64,000 nucleotides of DNA from Cercozoa sp. M6MM (GCA_040357565.1 JBDODJ010000019.1); one strand, 5' to 3'; shown: positions 25,664 through 40,274, numbered from the stretch's first letter. Translations and numbers: made by a program. The notes: generated by a model not told the origin, from the letters alone.

Positions 25664-28600
25664 CTAATCGTAATCCGAGTCGGCGTCGCTGTCATCGCCA
25701 GTCGCAGAGGCGTCGTCGGAACTAGCCGAGGTGGCCTCCTCTTCCTCAGAATCGTCGTGGCCCGATTCGCCCTCCTCCGACGACTCGGCATCCTCCGACG
25801 GTTCAACCGTCACCTTAACTAGATCGGCATCAGCGTCGCTTCCAGTGACAGGAGGATCATCGGCACCGTCATCGGCACCGTCAGCAACCTCCTTGTCGCC
25901 ATCACCTTCCTCTTGATCGCTGTCACTGTGACTGGAGTCACTTGAGTCCTCACCGTCGCTGGAGTCATCATCGTCGTCGCGCATCTTCTCCTCCGCCTCT
26001 GCCTGCGCGTTCTGCCGCAGCAGCGCGTGCGCCGTGCCGTGGCCCGACTCGGCTACTTACGAAGAAAATACAGGTGGGAGATAGAAGAGGAGAGTTTGAA
26101 CTACCCTTGCGCAACTCTGCGTGCTCTTCTTCACATCTGAGGACACGTGGACATTAAGGGAGTCGGGGTGGGGGATACGAAACTAGAGATACCGCTTGAG
26201 CCATTTCTCCAAGTCCTGTCGCACTTCCGCATGTCTAGGAGGGTACAGGGTTAAGTAGGTAGCTTGTAAGGGGGTAAAAGCAAGGTACTTCTCGGCATCA
26301 ACAAAGGTGCGCTGGAACAATCGCTCGCGCAGCTGGCGAAAATGCTCCAACACCTTGTCATCACCTATTCATGGGGGGGGGGGGTACAGGAGGGGTAAAG
26401 GAAGGGGGGGGGGTTAAGGGAATAGAACAAACCCAGGTGCATCTTGTACACGGGCAGTCGCGCAATGAGCGTGCCAACCGACTTTTCTCCGTACTCCAAC
26501 TGTCACACACACACACACAAGTGTCATCTACTACCTCACGCCCACGCACGTGTTCACAGTACCTTGGCCAGACAGTAGGCAAGGTTGCGCGCCTGCGCCT
26601 CGTCGCCTGCTATCCCAACCCACATAGATCTTACCCCCCCCCCCTCCTGCCCCCACCAGACAACGCACCAATCGCCGATTTGAACCGATGGCACAACTTG
26701 TCCACGAGTGACTACAAAGGCACAGCACCCTTAATAAAAAGCACAGCCTTAACAAAACAAATATTACATCGACATTGCGTTCCTTTTTGACAAAGTGCAG
26801 CAGGAAGCCCAGCACAGTTTCGAACATGTCACGTGTCACTACACTCAGTCCAGTCAGTCGGTCAGCAGTCCAGTCAGACAGTTGATACCATCAGGACGAC
26901 CAGATAGACGTGAGATCGTGTCCGGTACGACATTGTACACCTGTCCATGTGCAGCCTTAAACAAAACCACAGCCTTAACGAAAGCTGTACCGTGTTGCGC
27001 GCGCGACTTTTGGCGGCCAGTCGGTTGAAGAAGTCGCGCACCTTCGCAAAAGTAAAGGACAGGTAACGGAGGGCACAAGGATGGAGTGGAAGGCAACAAG
27101 AGAACGCACATGTGCGCGCACATGCGGCGACTCGTCGCACAACAACAAGGCGATTTCGGCCACTGAGTCCTGTCGGGGGGGGGGGGGGTAAGGGCTTAAA
27201 AAAGACGAAGTAAACATGTGTTTACCTTGACTTTGAGCATGTCATTCAGCAGCAGGTGCGACAGGACCTGTCCGCGTGGACATATGACCAGTGACCAGTG
27301 ACCATATGACCAGTGACCAAACGGAAAAACAATCCTACCACGAGTGCGTGTTGACGTACACGAAGCTTCTTTGAGTGCAGTTGCTCATACAGTCTGTCGG
27401 GGGGGGGGGGTGTAGAAGGGGGGGTAAAACATCAACAGAAGCTATACCGCCGTGAGTACGGTTCGAACAGATTCGGAAAACGGAAGGCGATGTCGCCCAG
27501 TGCAATCTACAGCAAGTAAAACTCGGGGGGGGGGGGGGTAAAAGATCTAAAACTGCCAACCAGCAGCTGCACGGCGAGTTCCGTAGCAGGTGCGAAATCC
27601 GCCAGTTGTGACCTGCCACACATCATAAAAACAACACACAGAAACAACAACAACAAGAAACGCACGCCTCGGCAGTGTTGGCACTGTCAGCGTCGGTGTC
27701 GAGGTCGATTTCGTCCACCATTTGTTGCGTCGACATCGGCTCGTGTTTCGGCTCGTGATTCGACTTGAGACTCGGCTCGAGTTTCGGCTCGTGTTTGGAC
27801 TCGCGTTTGGCGGCCAGAGAGTCGTGCCGGTGACTGCCGGTGCCGCACAGCACCGTGAACAGCAGCTGCAAATGTTCCTCGCAGTACTGTCGCGACACGC
27901 ACCTACCAGTCATGAGTCACACATCAGTCACTCGGGTCAGTCAGTATCACTCGGGCCAGTCAGTATCACATGGTCAGTCAGTATCACATGGGTCAGTCAG
28001 TATCACATGGGTCAGTCAGTATCACATGGGTCACATCTGTGTGGTCACTTACATGAAACGAGCCAGTGCGACCGTTGCCGTGTTGAACACAGTCTGGTGT
28101 GCACCTGTCAGCTACAGGGAGGGGGTAAGGAAGAGGACAAGGGGGGGGGGGGGGTAAAACTACAGTAGGACGCTGCGCTAGGTAGGCCACGAGACGGCCC
28201 ATCTGCGCCAGCAGCGACTGCACATGGGGGGTAGGGGTAAAGAAAGATGCTAGGGAGTTGGGGGTAAAGATGCCAGGGAGTTGGGGTAAAGAAGGAAGAG
28301 TACAGCAGCAGCGCCACTAGTGTCCAGCAATGCCTGCTCGGCACTCTCACGCAGTTGTTCCTGTCCACACAGACCAGGTTTGTCCCGTCCAAAATGTACC
28401 ATTCAAAATGGACCGGAGTGCAGTCCATTTGTACCAGTGCAAAGAGAGTGCCCGAGGCTGTGTTGCCCGCGGCGGCCTGCAACTCGTCATCGCCGTCATT
28501 CTGCTCACCCAGTCAGTCAGTCAATTAGTTCAGTCAGTCAGTCAGTCACCGTCACTCACTCAGTCATAAACCGTCCCATCGGTTCCAGAGATCAATCAGT

Positions 28601-31545
28601 ATGCCACCTCCTGCGACGCCGTCGTCGCGGTCTTGGAGGTGTCCACCTGCGCCTTCAGCAGCGTCTCCAGACCCTCCGCGTGGACCTACACCCGTCCAAA
28701 CAGACCGTTCAAATGAACCGTCCAAAATGTACACCTTCATATGTCTGTGGTTAAGGGTACGACAAGTCGGATGGCGAGCTCGCCGCCAAAGAAGAGCAGC
28801 TCGGGCAGTTTCACCGCCAACCCGTCCTTCTGATCGTCGTCACCGTCGCTGTGATCATCGGTGTGACCGTCCTCACCGTCTCCGTGGTCGCTGTGACCGT
28901 CGCTATGATCATCTACTGCAACTGGAGGAAAGTCGATCATGCCGGCCACGCTGCCCATCAACGAGTCGCCGTCGTCTGCACATCATATTCTTCTTGCCTC
29001 CTTTACCCCCCCCACACAGAATAGCACCCATGTAGTCATCGTCAACCGATCGTGTCACCGAGCGCAGCAGTCCTACCATCTCAAAAATTAATTGTGTAGC
29101 TGATGACTCCAAAAGGTATGGCTACAGCGTGACCTACCTCGCAGCACAGCCTCACCGAAACGCAGTGGCGACGGGTGCGCCTCGAAGGCTACCTGCAGTG
29201 CTACTTGTGCCTACACAAGTCAACTCAAGTCAGATCGGTGGACACGTGTCATACAGGTGGATCAGTTGGCACGGTCACTTGGCACGGTCAGTTGGCACGG
29301 TCAGTTGGCACGTGTGTATCATTTGGTACCAATGCCGGCCATTGCGCCACTGAGACGCGATCGCTCAACAAGAGTGCGCGCACCGTGCAGAACACTCCGC
29401 GCAATAACCCTCGCATCGCCTGATAAATACATATATATACACACATATATATGTATATATAATATAGGGATATCAGTTAGTAAAATGGCACCGCGGGCGA
29501 CTCTGCGAGCTCCAGCGACGGCACCACAAGCTGCTCCGGGTCACCAAGTGCGGCATGCCGACTCAGCTGGTCCGTGCCGGCCTCAGCGAGCTTGATCCAC
29601 TGGTCGCAAACTCGCGGCGGTGCGTGTTGCATCCACTGCAGTGCACATTCAATCAATAAATAAAGATATATATATATATATACCTATATCTTGATATATC
29701 TATATGATTTATATTTAAGATAGGGAGGGAAAAGAGTACAGAGAGACACTCGCGCAGCAGCACAACGTCGACGTCGAGATTGCCGGCGGCGTCGTTCTCC
29801 TCGTTGTCAAAATCGCTCAACTGCAGCAGCACCTTGAGCACCGGCAACACCGACTGGGCTATCACTCGACGGATGTCCCTGTACAGTTCGGTACAAATCG
29901 GAACCAACACAAATCGATAAATCCAACCGTACTGAATGCGCTCGGCAATTTCTTTATCGAGATCTTTCGGCTAAAAGACACAACTTTAAAGATGCAAAAC
30001 AGACTGAAAGAAGCAAAGATTACCAGAGTGACAACAGCTTTGATAATGAAGTTCAGCACACGCGCTGCACGACGTCTATTGCACACACGAATCAGCAGAG
30101 ATTACGCCAAGCTAAAACACGAAAAGGTACCGCTCCTGGATCGGAACATCGTCGTGTGTGCACACAGCGAACAGAACTTGCACACTGCCCGAGTTCAGTT
30201 TGCCTTGCTGCACGAGCTTTCCGAGAATCTCTTCGACACATGCGAGGTCTGCGATTCTGATGAAACAACAGACACATGCAAATTAGTCGCAAAAAGACAA
30301 TAATGCAGAAGAAAACTACGTCGGAACTCGCGCGAACTGAAGCAATCGCTTTGCTTTCAACTGCACACAGAAACAATCCCACAGACACCGACCAGGCTCC
30401 AAATAAACTTGCTAGCACTAAACACCTTGTCAGTGTTGAGAACAGCGCGATCTTGGGCCCGCACGTTATCCATGTCCTCCTAAAATCCGAAAAAGATAAT
30501 TTTGGCATGTCACGATACAACACTGGGTATGAGCTTACATCGACGGGACGAATCTCATCTGACAAGAACAAAGCCGCAACGGCATCCAAAACTGCTTGCT
30601 GCACCTGTTCCGTGTCAACAGATTTATTGTTTGGGTGTCCGGAATTTGTTTGCTGTATTTTCTCGGCACCTTCGGAGCTTCTGCGCGGAAGACGAGTGCC
30701 AAAGAGTGTCTCAAACCGTGATCCGCAGCCTGAGAGAAGAATACAGATAATATAAACAGAAGATCACTGGAAATACAACGTACGCTAAGCTGGAACTGCT
30801 TGGCGCCACAGAACACCTTGACAGCACCTGCATGAGGGCACATCGGGTGAAAGATCGCTTCAGCAAGGCAAGAAAAAAAGCAAACCAGTTGCGTCGCCGA
30901 TCGAAGGCGACAGAAGCAGCCAACGCACAGAATTTCGCAGAGCATCGTCCATCTAAGCAAGCGCTTGAGAAACTCTGAGAAGGAACGGACAAAAGCCGAA
31001 CGGTACACAGTGAGCGAATTTCGAGTGTGCTTGGACATTCTGGATCTACCAAGAAAAAATCGTCGAAAAAACAACTGTGCTTTGCAAAGCACATCTTACT
31101 CGTTTACGCAATTCGACAGCCTTCTTGTGTTCTTCCGGAGTGGCAATGCGCTTCAACTCCTCATTGTAGGCAACTCTGTCCGAAGAAAGCACGGCGTGAT
31201 TGCATGTGAGTGTGAATAAAGTAAGCTCACTGTTGCTCAGGCATGTCCGAATCGTCGACCTTGTCGGGGTCACTCTCCTGCTGCAGGACAGCACCGACGG
31301 CGGCGCGATCGGCACGGTAACGTCGTCGCTGCAGCATGCGCACCAAGTGACCGAAAGCTTCGCGCAGCCTGCTCAGCTTGCTGTCCACTTCGTCCAGTCG
31401 CATCGACGGACCAAACGGGTTGTTCCTGCACAGTAGTAGATCTGTTGGTATCGATCCATGTCCATGCAAAGAATGAGACGTACTCAAGCAACGCTAGCAG
31501 CAGCGTCAAGGCACGTGCGCGCACGTTGGCACTGAAAAACACCAG

Positions 31546-31596
<51 letters not shown>

Positions 31597-34500
31597 CAGT
31601 GTCTTGCTCTAGTTCAGCACACCTGGAGTCGCGCAGTCGACCACAACAGACGGTAGAAATTCTGACACACAGAACACAGCACATGACGAAAGAGGAAGGC
31701 AGACAGGTGAGTGTACGACAAGTAGACGCTAAGTTTGGTCGGTCCCAGTGGGTGCATCATATGCTTTCCCGCAAGGTCCTAATATACAGAGAGCACAATA
31801 TACAGAGAGTACAATCTACAGAGAGTACTAAAGCAAGTAACAAAAGAACTACCTCGAACATCGCGAGTAGTTTTGCGCGCACAAGGGAGTGAGAGTCCAG
31901 AGACCGCGGCATCATGTAATTCTATACCCGCACAGATTACTCTAAGCAATATCTGCCTTCGAAAGGAACACACCACGAGGAAGTCTTCGACATCACTAAC
32001 GTTGCTGTCGATCGAGCGCGTTGTCTGAACATCGTAGGTTCGAAGGTCACTCCATATCGACAAGTGCATATGTGCGTGTGTGTTACATCAGCAGTGTCGA
32101 TTATCTGAGGCTCATCGCCGCCAGAGAGTTGCCGCTGCCGGCGCATCTGTTCCTGCTCTCACATAGTTCCCTAGACACACCAGTGCTTTCACATCAAAAA
32201 ACGCACCCGCTCGGTGCTTGATAACTGTGACCGACGTTGTTGCTTGATGACACTGAACACACACACGTGTCCATGTTCAGGACACATAAGGAAAGTGCAA
32301 GTCACAAACACAGGTGTCGCACAAGTTGCGCAAAGCACTCCTACGCCAAACCAGTGTAGTAACATAGAGTAGTAACACAGAGTAGTAACACAGAGTAGTA
32401 ACACAGAGTAGCAACACAGAGTAGCAACACAGAGTAGCAACACAGAGTAGCAACACAGGGAAGAAGGTACCAATGCGCCAACACGTGCCATGTGATTGAC
32501 CGCGTCCAACAGTTGCTGCAGCGCGCGCACGTGGCCGTGCATCACGAGCAGCGCCGCTGTTTCGTGCGACTCCGCGAACTTCTCCAGGAAGGCTCGCACC
32601 GCCTCGCCACAGCGACGGTGCTTCACGCTGCGTCCCTACACAAGACACAGGTATTAACCTTCCCCCTCTCCAACCCAATCCCAGAAACGACATACTGACT
32701 CGCGCATGACGGCGCGGCAAGTCTCGAACTTCTCCTCCGTCAGCACGCACACAAAGGCCTCCACCTGTCAAAATGGACCCAAGTACAAATGGACGGTTCA
32801 AAATGGACGGTTCAAATGGACGGTTCAAATGGACCGCTGGAACTGCAACGTACCAACGCCGCAGCGGCCGACGAGGACGTGGTCTGCTGGTCAAACTGAA
32901 GTGCCGCGTTCTCCTTGTCCTATAGTATCCGGTACTTTTCAACATGGACAGGAACACAAGGAGGTCCATTTGGTCCCCCTCGGGACACAGGAGGCCCATA
33001 TGGACAGGACAAACGTACGGCAGTATCGAACTCGGCGGCAGCGGCGTCAATCACCTGCGGCAGCACCTCGCCCGCCACGCGACCGACGCGCAGCACCGAC
33101 ATGCACACTGCGCCGCACTCTTAACAAAAACTACTTCCTTAAGGCAGTCCAACACAACGGTACACGTGTCAACGGCGAGACGACGTTCTGAAATTTGCTC
33201 GTCGTCGCCCAGTCCAGAGTTTAGTCGGAACACTGTAACTGTGGGGGAGGGGTTAAGCAGGCAGGGGTGAGGGTAAAAACACAGTACCAGCCCAGACCCG
33301 CATGAGCGAATGAAAGACCTCCTTGGGCAGAATCCTGGGGGAGAGGGGGGTAAGAGTAGGGGTAAAAGGCATGACGTTCAGAAAGCAATACTTGAGAAAA
33401 CGCGTCGTCGTGGCGTTGACATTGACGGCATCGGCATCCTCTCGTTCCTTCTGTGTGTGTGTGTGTGCGTGTGTATACATATATATATATATATATATAT
33501 AGTTATATATACAGTAAATACGAACAGTCCATTGTGCAGAAGGGTAAGTGTACCAGTTCGCCGGACGGATCGGACACCTCAATGACACGACCCACGGCAG
33601 TGCACAGGAAGTTCTTCTACAGTGTCCAGATAACCTTTAGAGTCTCGGTACAAATAGACTGCCATCCTGTACCAGATCCGAGTCGACGAGACCGTTGTTC
33701 CAGAGTTTCTTCACTGACGGATCGCGTAGCATGTCGCCCACTGCGTTTTTTGTATTTTTCGTATTTTAAAACGTCCGGGCGGACGCAAAAATTCAACAGA
33801 AAACGTACAAGCATCCAGCACGCGCAGGCGCAGCGGATCGGCGCTCCAGTGTTCCACCGCTTCCTCTGAGTTACGGATCGACAGTAAGACAAACAAGATA
33901 GTTCAAACAAGATAGTTCAAACAAGGTAGTTCAAACAAGGTAGTTCAAACAAGATAGTTCAAACAAGGTAGTTCAAAGAGAAAGGTAAAGGCTACGATTG
34001 TTGCCCTTGCGTCGCTTGCGTGTCGTCTTCTTCTGACCTTGTCCTGAGGGAGCAAGAGTAAAGGGGGTGGGGGAGGGGGGGTAATGCAATATACCAACAG
34101 CGAGACACTGCGCTTGAACGACCCATTGCGTCTACGGGGGGAGGGGGTAAGGGGGTATAGGGGGGTAAGGAGGGGCAAGAATCGGTACGCAGAGCGCGCA
34201 GAGCTGGCGCACAGCGTTGCGCGCGTGCAGCAGTTCCGCGCGGACGGTGACATCGCGCGAAGTGAGCAGTCGACTCAGTGGACGGCACACTTCCTGGCAC
34301 GCCAGCAGCAGTGTCTGCACACAAACAACCTTGTTCAGGAGGTAGTAGCATACACACAGTGTCAGACAGTACCTTAGCAACATCGTTTCGCACCGTGCCT
34401 TGCACGTTCTCCATGTCTACGGAGTCAGTACTTATCTACCCCTTCAACCATCTACTTTCCAGGTTACCCTGCACGAAGCACGCGAGAGGCTCAAAGACGG

Positions 34501-34843
34501 TCTGTGTGAATTCGCTGGCAGAGCGCTCTTGTTCCGCAGCCTCACCCAACCGCTTTTCGATTTCGCCCAGAACGTTGCGCTGCACGGCGTCGTCGTTCTT
34601 GCCGCCCTAACCACACATAGCGACATATTTCTTGCGCGCGAGTTTTAATGAAGGCAAGTACTTTGGTAGGCCGCTGCGACTTGCTCATGCTCACGCGCAA
34701 CACGCCGTTACAGCCGGCATCTGCAAAACAAACCATGTGGGAACAAATTTTGGTCTCCAAACGCAAGAGGTACCATCATCATTGGCCCGCCGAAATAGGT
34801 CATCGAATCTCCCAGGGAGCACGAGATCCTCCACGTCGTCCAT
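25664..34843 (-). CDS. NCAPD2: Condensin complex subunit 1 (CAP-D2/Ycs4), many exons
   Basis: Cnd1 motifs after splicing: CVSRQYCEEHLQLLFTVL, IALGDIAFRFPNLFEPY, LSHLLLNDMLKVK, VAEIALLLCD, LVDKLCHRF. Also NPF and VRARAL in the HEAT region, N-terminus MDDVEDLVLP, and an acidic C-terminal tail. Confidence 0.88.
32358..32458. repeat. Intronic minisatellite, 13-bp unit AG(T/C)AACACAGAGT, about 8 copies
   Basis: Directly visible. Confidence 0.95.
33890..33977. repeat. Intronic minisatellite, 14-bp unit CAAACAAG(A/G)TAGTT, about 6 copies
   Basis: Directly visible. Confidence 0.95.
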
Positions 34844-35080
34844 GCGTCAGCTGCGGTAGTGGCACGCACCTGCACTAAACTTGACGCCGTTGGCACTCTC
34901 CCAAATCTGATCACTGAAAGTACGCAATGTACGGTACGTTTCGACTAAATGTGCGCTCTTTATCAGTAATCCACTACCTCCACGTAGATCGCCTCTAATA
35001 AGTGATTGGTAGTGTGTTAGTTCTGTTAAAACTAAATAGGACGTAGAACGACAGATTTGCGCTTTGGGACATGCTTGGGA

Positions 35081-36187
35081 TCAGTTGATGCAGGATGGCC
35101 GGGTGAACTGTGCGGGGTTTCGCACAGTGGCGTCTTGCGGGTTGTGCAATCGCAGACGCTCCTGAATCGGAGTGCGGCACGTGGGACACTGCTCCATCGT
35201 GGCGGCACACTCGATGCAGGTGCACGCGTGGCCTGAAGAACACAGAAACACCAGGAAATCAGTTCAGCCCAGTCAAAACAAAAAACAAAACTGGACAAAG
35301 TCAACACGCACCACAAGGCAACAGAGCGCAGTTTTGCGGCAGATCCCAGCACACAACACACTCAGTGTCGGCGTCGTCATAGTTAGCGAGTTTCCTGCGT
35401 GCCTGAGTCAGGCAAAAAAACAGCGTTTCTTGGCGCAGAAGAAAAAAACGGGTTACCTCGCGAGTGCACTGCTGTTGCTCATGCAGTTGCTGTCGCAAAC
35501 ATCGGAGCACTGCTTGTCTCAGGTGCGATCGAAGAAGTGCCCAGCCGTGCTTCTGGTCAGTGGAGTCAGTGGCAGGCGACAGTGGAGGCACTTGCCCATG
35601 CTCACTCGTGCTGGGCGACATCGACTCACTGCAGGGACATTGATTGGAAGAACGGAACAATAATTTCATTGGAGAGGCTACGGTGACAAAGGCGTCACAG
35701 GATCGCACGTGTTGACGGTCCAATGGCACGTGTCACTGGACTCGGCGACATCAGTGACACCGACAGAGCCACCGTCGGTGACACTCAGCACGCGCTTGAG
35801 TGCTGCGTTGCGCAGCACAATCACAGAACTCTCCGTGTCGCCGTGATTGCGCACACTCACCTGCCACGTCAAGAATCGACTCGAAAAAGGATCCACCACT
35901 GTTTTTCGCACGGCCAGCGAACCGTCTGCCTCGGCACCGAGGTAACTGCACTCACAAACAACGCCACCTCAGAGATCATATCTTTCTCTCTTGGGCACAC
36001 ACGCATACCGACTCTTGCTGACACTGAGAGCGACCTGGTTTTCGTCTTTCGTGTGCACCTGGAAAACACTAACACCGCTCGGCGTCGACAGCTTCACACC
36101 TTTGCAGGTCTGCACAAGAAGTTGATACAACTCATCAAAGTCATTTCGACCACCAAAACAACGGCACCAGATTGGCGCTGCATCCAT
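35081..36187 (-). CDS. RING-HC (C3HC4, IAP/MDM-like) E3 ligase-type protein, multi-exon
   Basis: Spliced ECVVCWDLPQNCALLPCG|H..TCIECAATMEQCPTCRTPI. The upstream beta-strand-rich region may be fascin/beta-trefoil-like. Confidence 0.8.
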
Positions 36188-36974
36188 CTTCAAGGCTCAG
36201 CACGCTCATAATTCAAAATTAAGTGCGGTTTAAACCCGCAAGAACAATCTGGGTGTCGAGATCTGCTACAGTAACGACCAGCGGACGTTTTTGGACCAAG
36301 CTGTCCGCGCGGAGCGCCGGAATCAGCAAATACAACAAATCAACAACCTAACACACAACAATTGTTTCTTCACTTGTTTTCTGACATGTGCGAGTGACAG
36401 ATCGTCACAATATCATGCAGTCGCGGTAATGCCTTTTGCAAATTTTCTGGGCACAAGCCTTTTTTCGCACAAGCCCGCCGGGCCTTTTTGGCATCCAGTG
36501 ATGACAACCTTTCAGTTCTGCTTCTGAAGAAGAATGAGCGATAAACTTACCTACATTCTGAGGGCATTTTGCTTGGACGAACGCTTTTGCGTTTGTGCTT
36601 GTTTTTTCTCATGTCGCTTCATGGGCAGGTGTGAGAGTGCCGTTGGACGGACAAGCTGAAGTCAGCCAAAAGGTATCTCATCCCACAGATGTCTAGTCCT
36701 TTTGCGTGCGATGAAGACAAGACAATACACAGACCTGTTCTGAAATACCAACTTTCGTGTTGAATGTATTTGCACCATCATCAGAGCACTTCCTTTTTGT
36801 GCATCTGATTGATGTGTTGCTGCATACGTACGCAATTATATCTTCTGTTCTGTTCTCAGGCCGACTAGCGGATCCGGGCATCCCAGACAGCCAGTCGATT
36901 TGCGAGGTAAATATACATAAACTTCAGCTCAGACCTTTTCCCTCGCCTCTGTGGTTTGAGGGCCCTTTTTGTGG

Positions 36975-37282
36975 ATGATGAAAAACTGTACACCTCTTCC
37001 GAACATTCCAAACAGTTGAAGACACTCATCTTCTTTCCCCTGACACAATTTGGCTTTTTGGGGCGTGGAATTTCTCAAAAAAACTCCAATTATTCTGTTG
37101 CTCTCATAGCCGTGGTCAAAGTCAAGCAGACGTGGACGAGCCTTCCTCGTCGCCAAAGTGGTTAGTCTGCTTTCTTTTGGGCTTTCGCGTGCATGCTTTT
37201 TGGAATTTTGAATGATGAAAAACTGTACACCTCTTCCGAACATTCCAAACAATTGAAGACACTCATCTTCTTTCCCCTGACA
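36975..37282. repeat. 71-bp direct repeat pair (36975-37045 and 37212-37282)
   Basis: 70/71 identical. The minus strand reads VRGKKMSVFNCLECSEEVYSFSS. Confidence 0.92.
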
Positions 37283-38047
37283 GTTTCCAAACAAATTGCA
37301 CATGACTAATTGTTTCGTCCGTCAAGACTAACTTGCCTGTTTGTGCAGAAAGCCAACTTTAAACGGCAGCCGGGCATCGACACAAATGATCAGGGTAACA
37401 ATACTTTTAAACACTCCATCTGTATGATGAGCCGAAAGCGAAAGATTCCTGTATGATGAGCCGCCCCGTGGGATTCCAAACCCCACAATGGGGCGGCATT
37501 CATTTCCCCGTCTCATGTGTTTCTGAGGATGTGTAATGTGTTTTCTGACTTGGAATTTCCCTTCTGCTGACGCACAGCATTCTTTGTTTGCTGCGCACAA
37601 GCCAAACTATATTCTGTGTTTCCTGCACAGTCTCCGGAATCCCATCATCAAAACCGTCGCGCCTCGCTTCGCTTTCGGTCAATTGCGAAAACGGACTCCG
37701 ATCGCCAAGCGCGTCAACCCTGACGCTACACAACACACAAACACGTGGCCTTTGCCACGCTCATCACACCTGTGCTATCTGGGGCATAATAGCATGCTTT
37801 CAACACTTGTTAGTCTACATTTGCCGCTGTCTTTCAGAAATTGGCCTTGGTAGTGTAAAAGAGAGTAAAAGAAAGGCTCTGTGCTGGAGTAGAGAGCCTT
37901 TTCAGGAAAGGAGCAAAATCTTGCTCTTCGAGGTCAGGCAGACATTCTCAAAATCCTTAATGAATATCTTTCTCCCGCGCGGAGCACCAGAACTCAGACA
38001 GATCTGACTGGCCGGATGGAAAATACCGTTTCGTAACCCTACTAAAT

Positions 38048-40011
38048 TTACATTTCACTCAGGGATCCGTTCTCCTGATCCGCCGATTCAGACGCCGGTG
38101 TCGGCTGCTCTGGCCTCTGTTCGATCCGAACGAGCAAGGACTCGAGCGGCGCGCTGCCGGCCGGCATAACGCGAAACGAATCCGTTCGAACGCCAAGATC
38201 GAGGTGTTTCGGCAAGACCTGTTCGCTGTCGAATACGACGTGCAGCAGACTGGACACAGCGCTCGAGACGAGCTCACCGAGGAAACGGCTGCCCATGAGT
38301 TCACCGGCGGCCGCGGCAAAAAGGCCATTGTCCCGGCTGACGCCCTAGAGAAAAAACAAGAATTAAAAAAAAGGAGCTAAAGAAAAATGGCCTAGTACCA
38401 CAAAGGAATGAATGAGATCGCTGACTTCGACAGGAACCACACCTTCACCATAGACATCATCGCACACACGCAGCAGCACTGTGCAAGTGTCCTGTTCGAC
38501 ACGCGTCGTCACTCGTCGCACGAGCTGCAACAGCATGTCTTGTACCAATGCATGCTCGGCCACGTCACGAGCGCCACCGCGTGCCCACATGTTGAACGTC
38601 GTTTTCACCTCAGTGATACCTACAGTCGACATACAAAGGATGGCATACAAATGATGGAACACACAGGTAACAGTGTCGATGAAAATCACTGGCGTACCAG
38701 AGAGAACAAACACCCACATCAGTGCGTGCAATTCCTGTATCGGTTTCGAGGTCACGACGGCAAGCTGATCCCGCTTAAGTAAGCCGGGCAGCAGGAGCCT
38801 CTGCAGACACGACAGGTCCAGTTGGGCGCTCCGCTGTGACAAGACCGGCGGTATCGCACCGAGCACTTGCGCCAGGTCATGAAGCGAGTAACGCAATCGA
38901 TCCGAGTAGCGGAAGTTGCACCGTGACGAATCGTCGAGGATCCACAGTCTAACAGGCGTCAACTTCACGACACCTGCGCGACCAAAACATAATCTAGAGT
39001 AACACCAACACACAAGAAAATAAACTGGATCCTTGAGTGAACAGCATTATACGCGACACGAGTCGAAGCACGCGCAGCGCACGATCGACGTCAGCTTGCG
39101 AGGCATCGGCACACTGCGACATGATGGCTTTCGACAATTCTGGGAGCGAACTCAACAAGGCGTTAGATCTTCCCTTGCCTTCTTCTGCGCATACCACCTA
39201 ATACCAATGTACTGTGTGTCTCTCCAAAATGTGCAATTCTGCTCTACCAAGAAAGGGCAGTAAATGCGCCCAATCGGACAGCGGTTGCGATCGCACACTT
39301 AAGAGGACTCGCTGGATGTTGATGGTGTCTTCCGTGTACCTCCTCATCACCGCGGCCAGTGAACCTCCGAGAGATAGACGGTGCGCGCACTGGCGACTCA
39401 CAAAGTAGTCAAAGTCAAAGTACTCCACCACCTCGTGCCCCACCAACAGGCCTGCATGCTCGGCCATTATCACAGACACATTTACCGTTTCAGTGTCCAC
39501 GAAAAGACATACTCACGTGCGAAAGGAGCTGTGTTGCGACCGGCCAGGGAGTCATCGCGCGCACAGATTGCCTCCAGCAGGCTCGAGTAGTACATGCGTC
39601 TGTCCTGACCGAGAAGGACTGCCCGCATGTCGTTGAACAAGTCTGCCTTGACACCACAGGAACATGAACGGAGAAATCAAAGAACAAAAGTATAAAAAAA
39701 AACCAGCTACCGCAATAATCTGGTGTCTCCACGCTGAGTGACGGTGTCACAAGCACACACGGCAGCCACTCTTGCACTGGTGCGATGCCACCTCTCCGTC
39801 GCACCATGTCGATGGCACACATCACACGCTTGCGCACAAAAGCCGCCAGTTTGTTCCACACACCACCAACGAACTTTATCGTCGCACAGTCAGTCTCACC
39901 CGATAACGCAAACATACAGGACAAGGTGACTTTTCAATGAACTCCCAACACGTGCTCGATTTCTGTAAACAACTGCACGAATCAGAGAGAGAGAGAGAGA
40001 AAGGGAGATAA

Positions 40012-40063
<52 letters not shown>

Positions 40064-40185
40064 NNNNNNNNNNNNNNNNNNNNNNNNNNNNNNNNNNNNN
40101 NNNNNNNNNNNNNNNNNNNNNNNNNNNNNNNNNNNNNNNNNNNNNNNNNNNNNNNNNNNNNNNNNNNNNNNNNNNNNNNNNNNNN

Positions 40186-40274
<89 letters not shown>

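Noticed and set aside
29992-30755. Nested plus-strand gene inside NCAPD2
   Set aside because: The minus strand here supplies CAP-D2-like exons (GLRHSLALVF, AVLDAVAALFL), so the plus-strand ORFs are antisense shadows.
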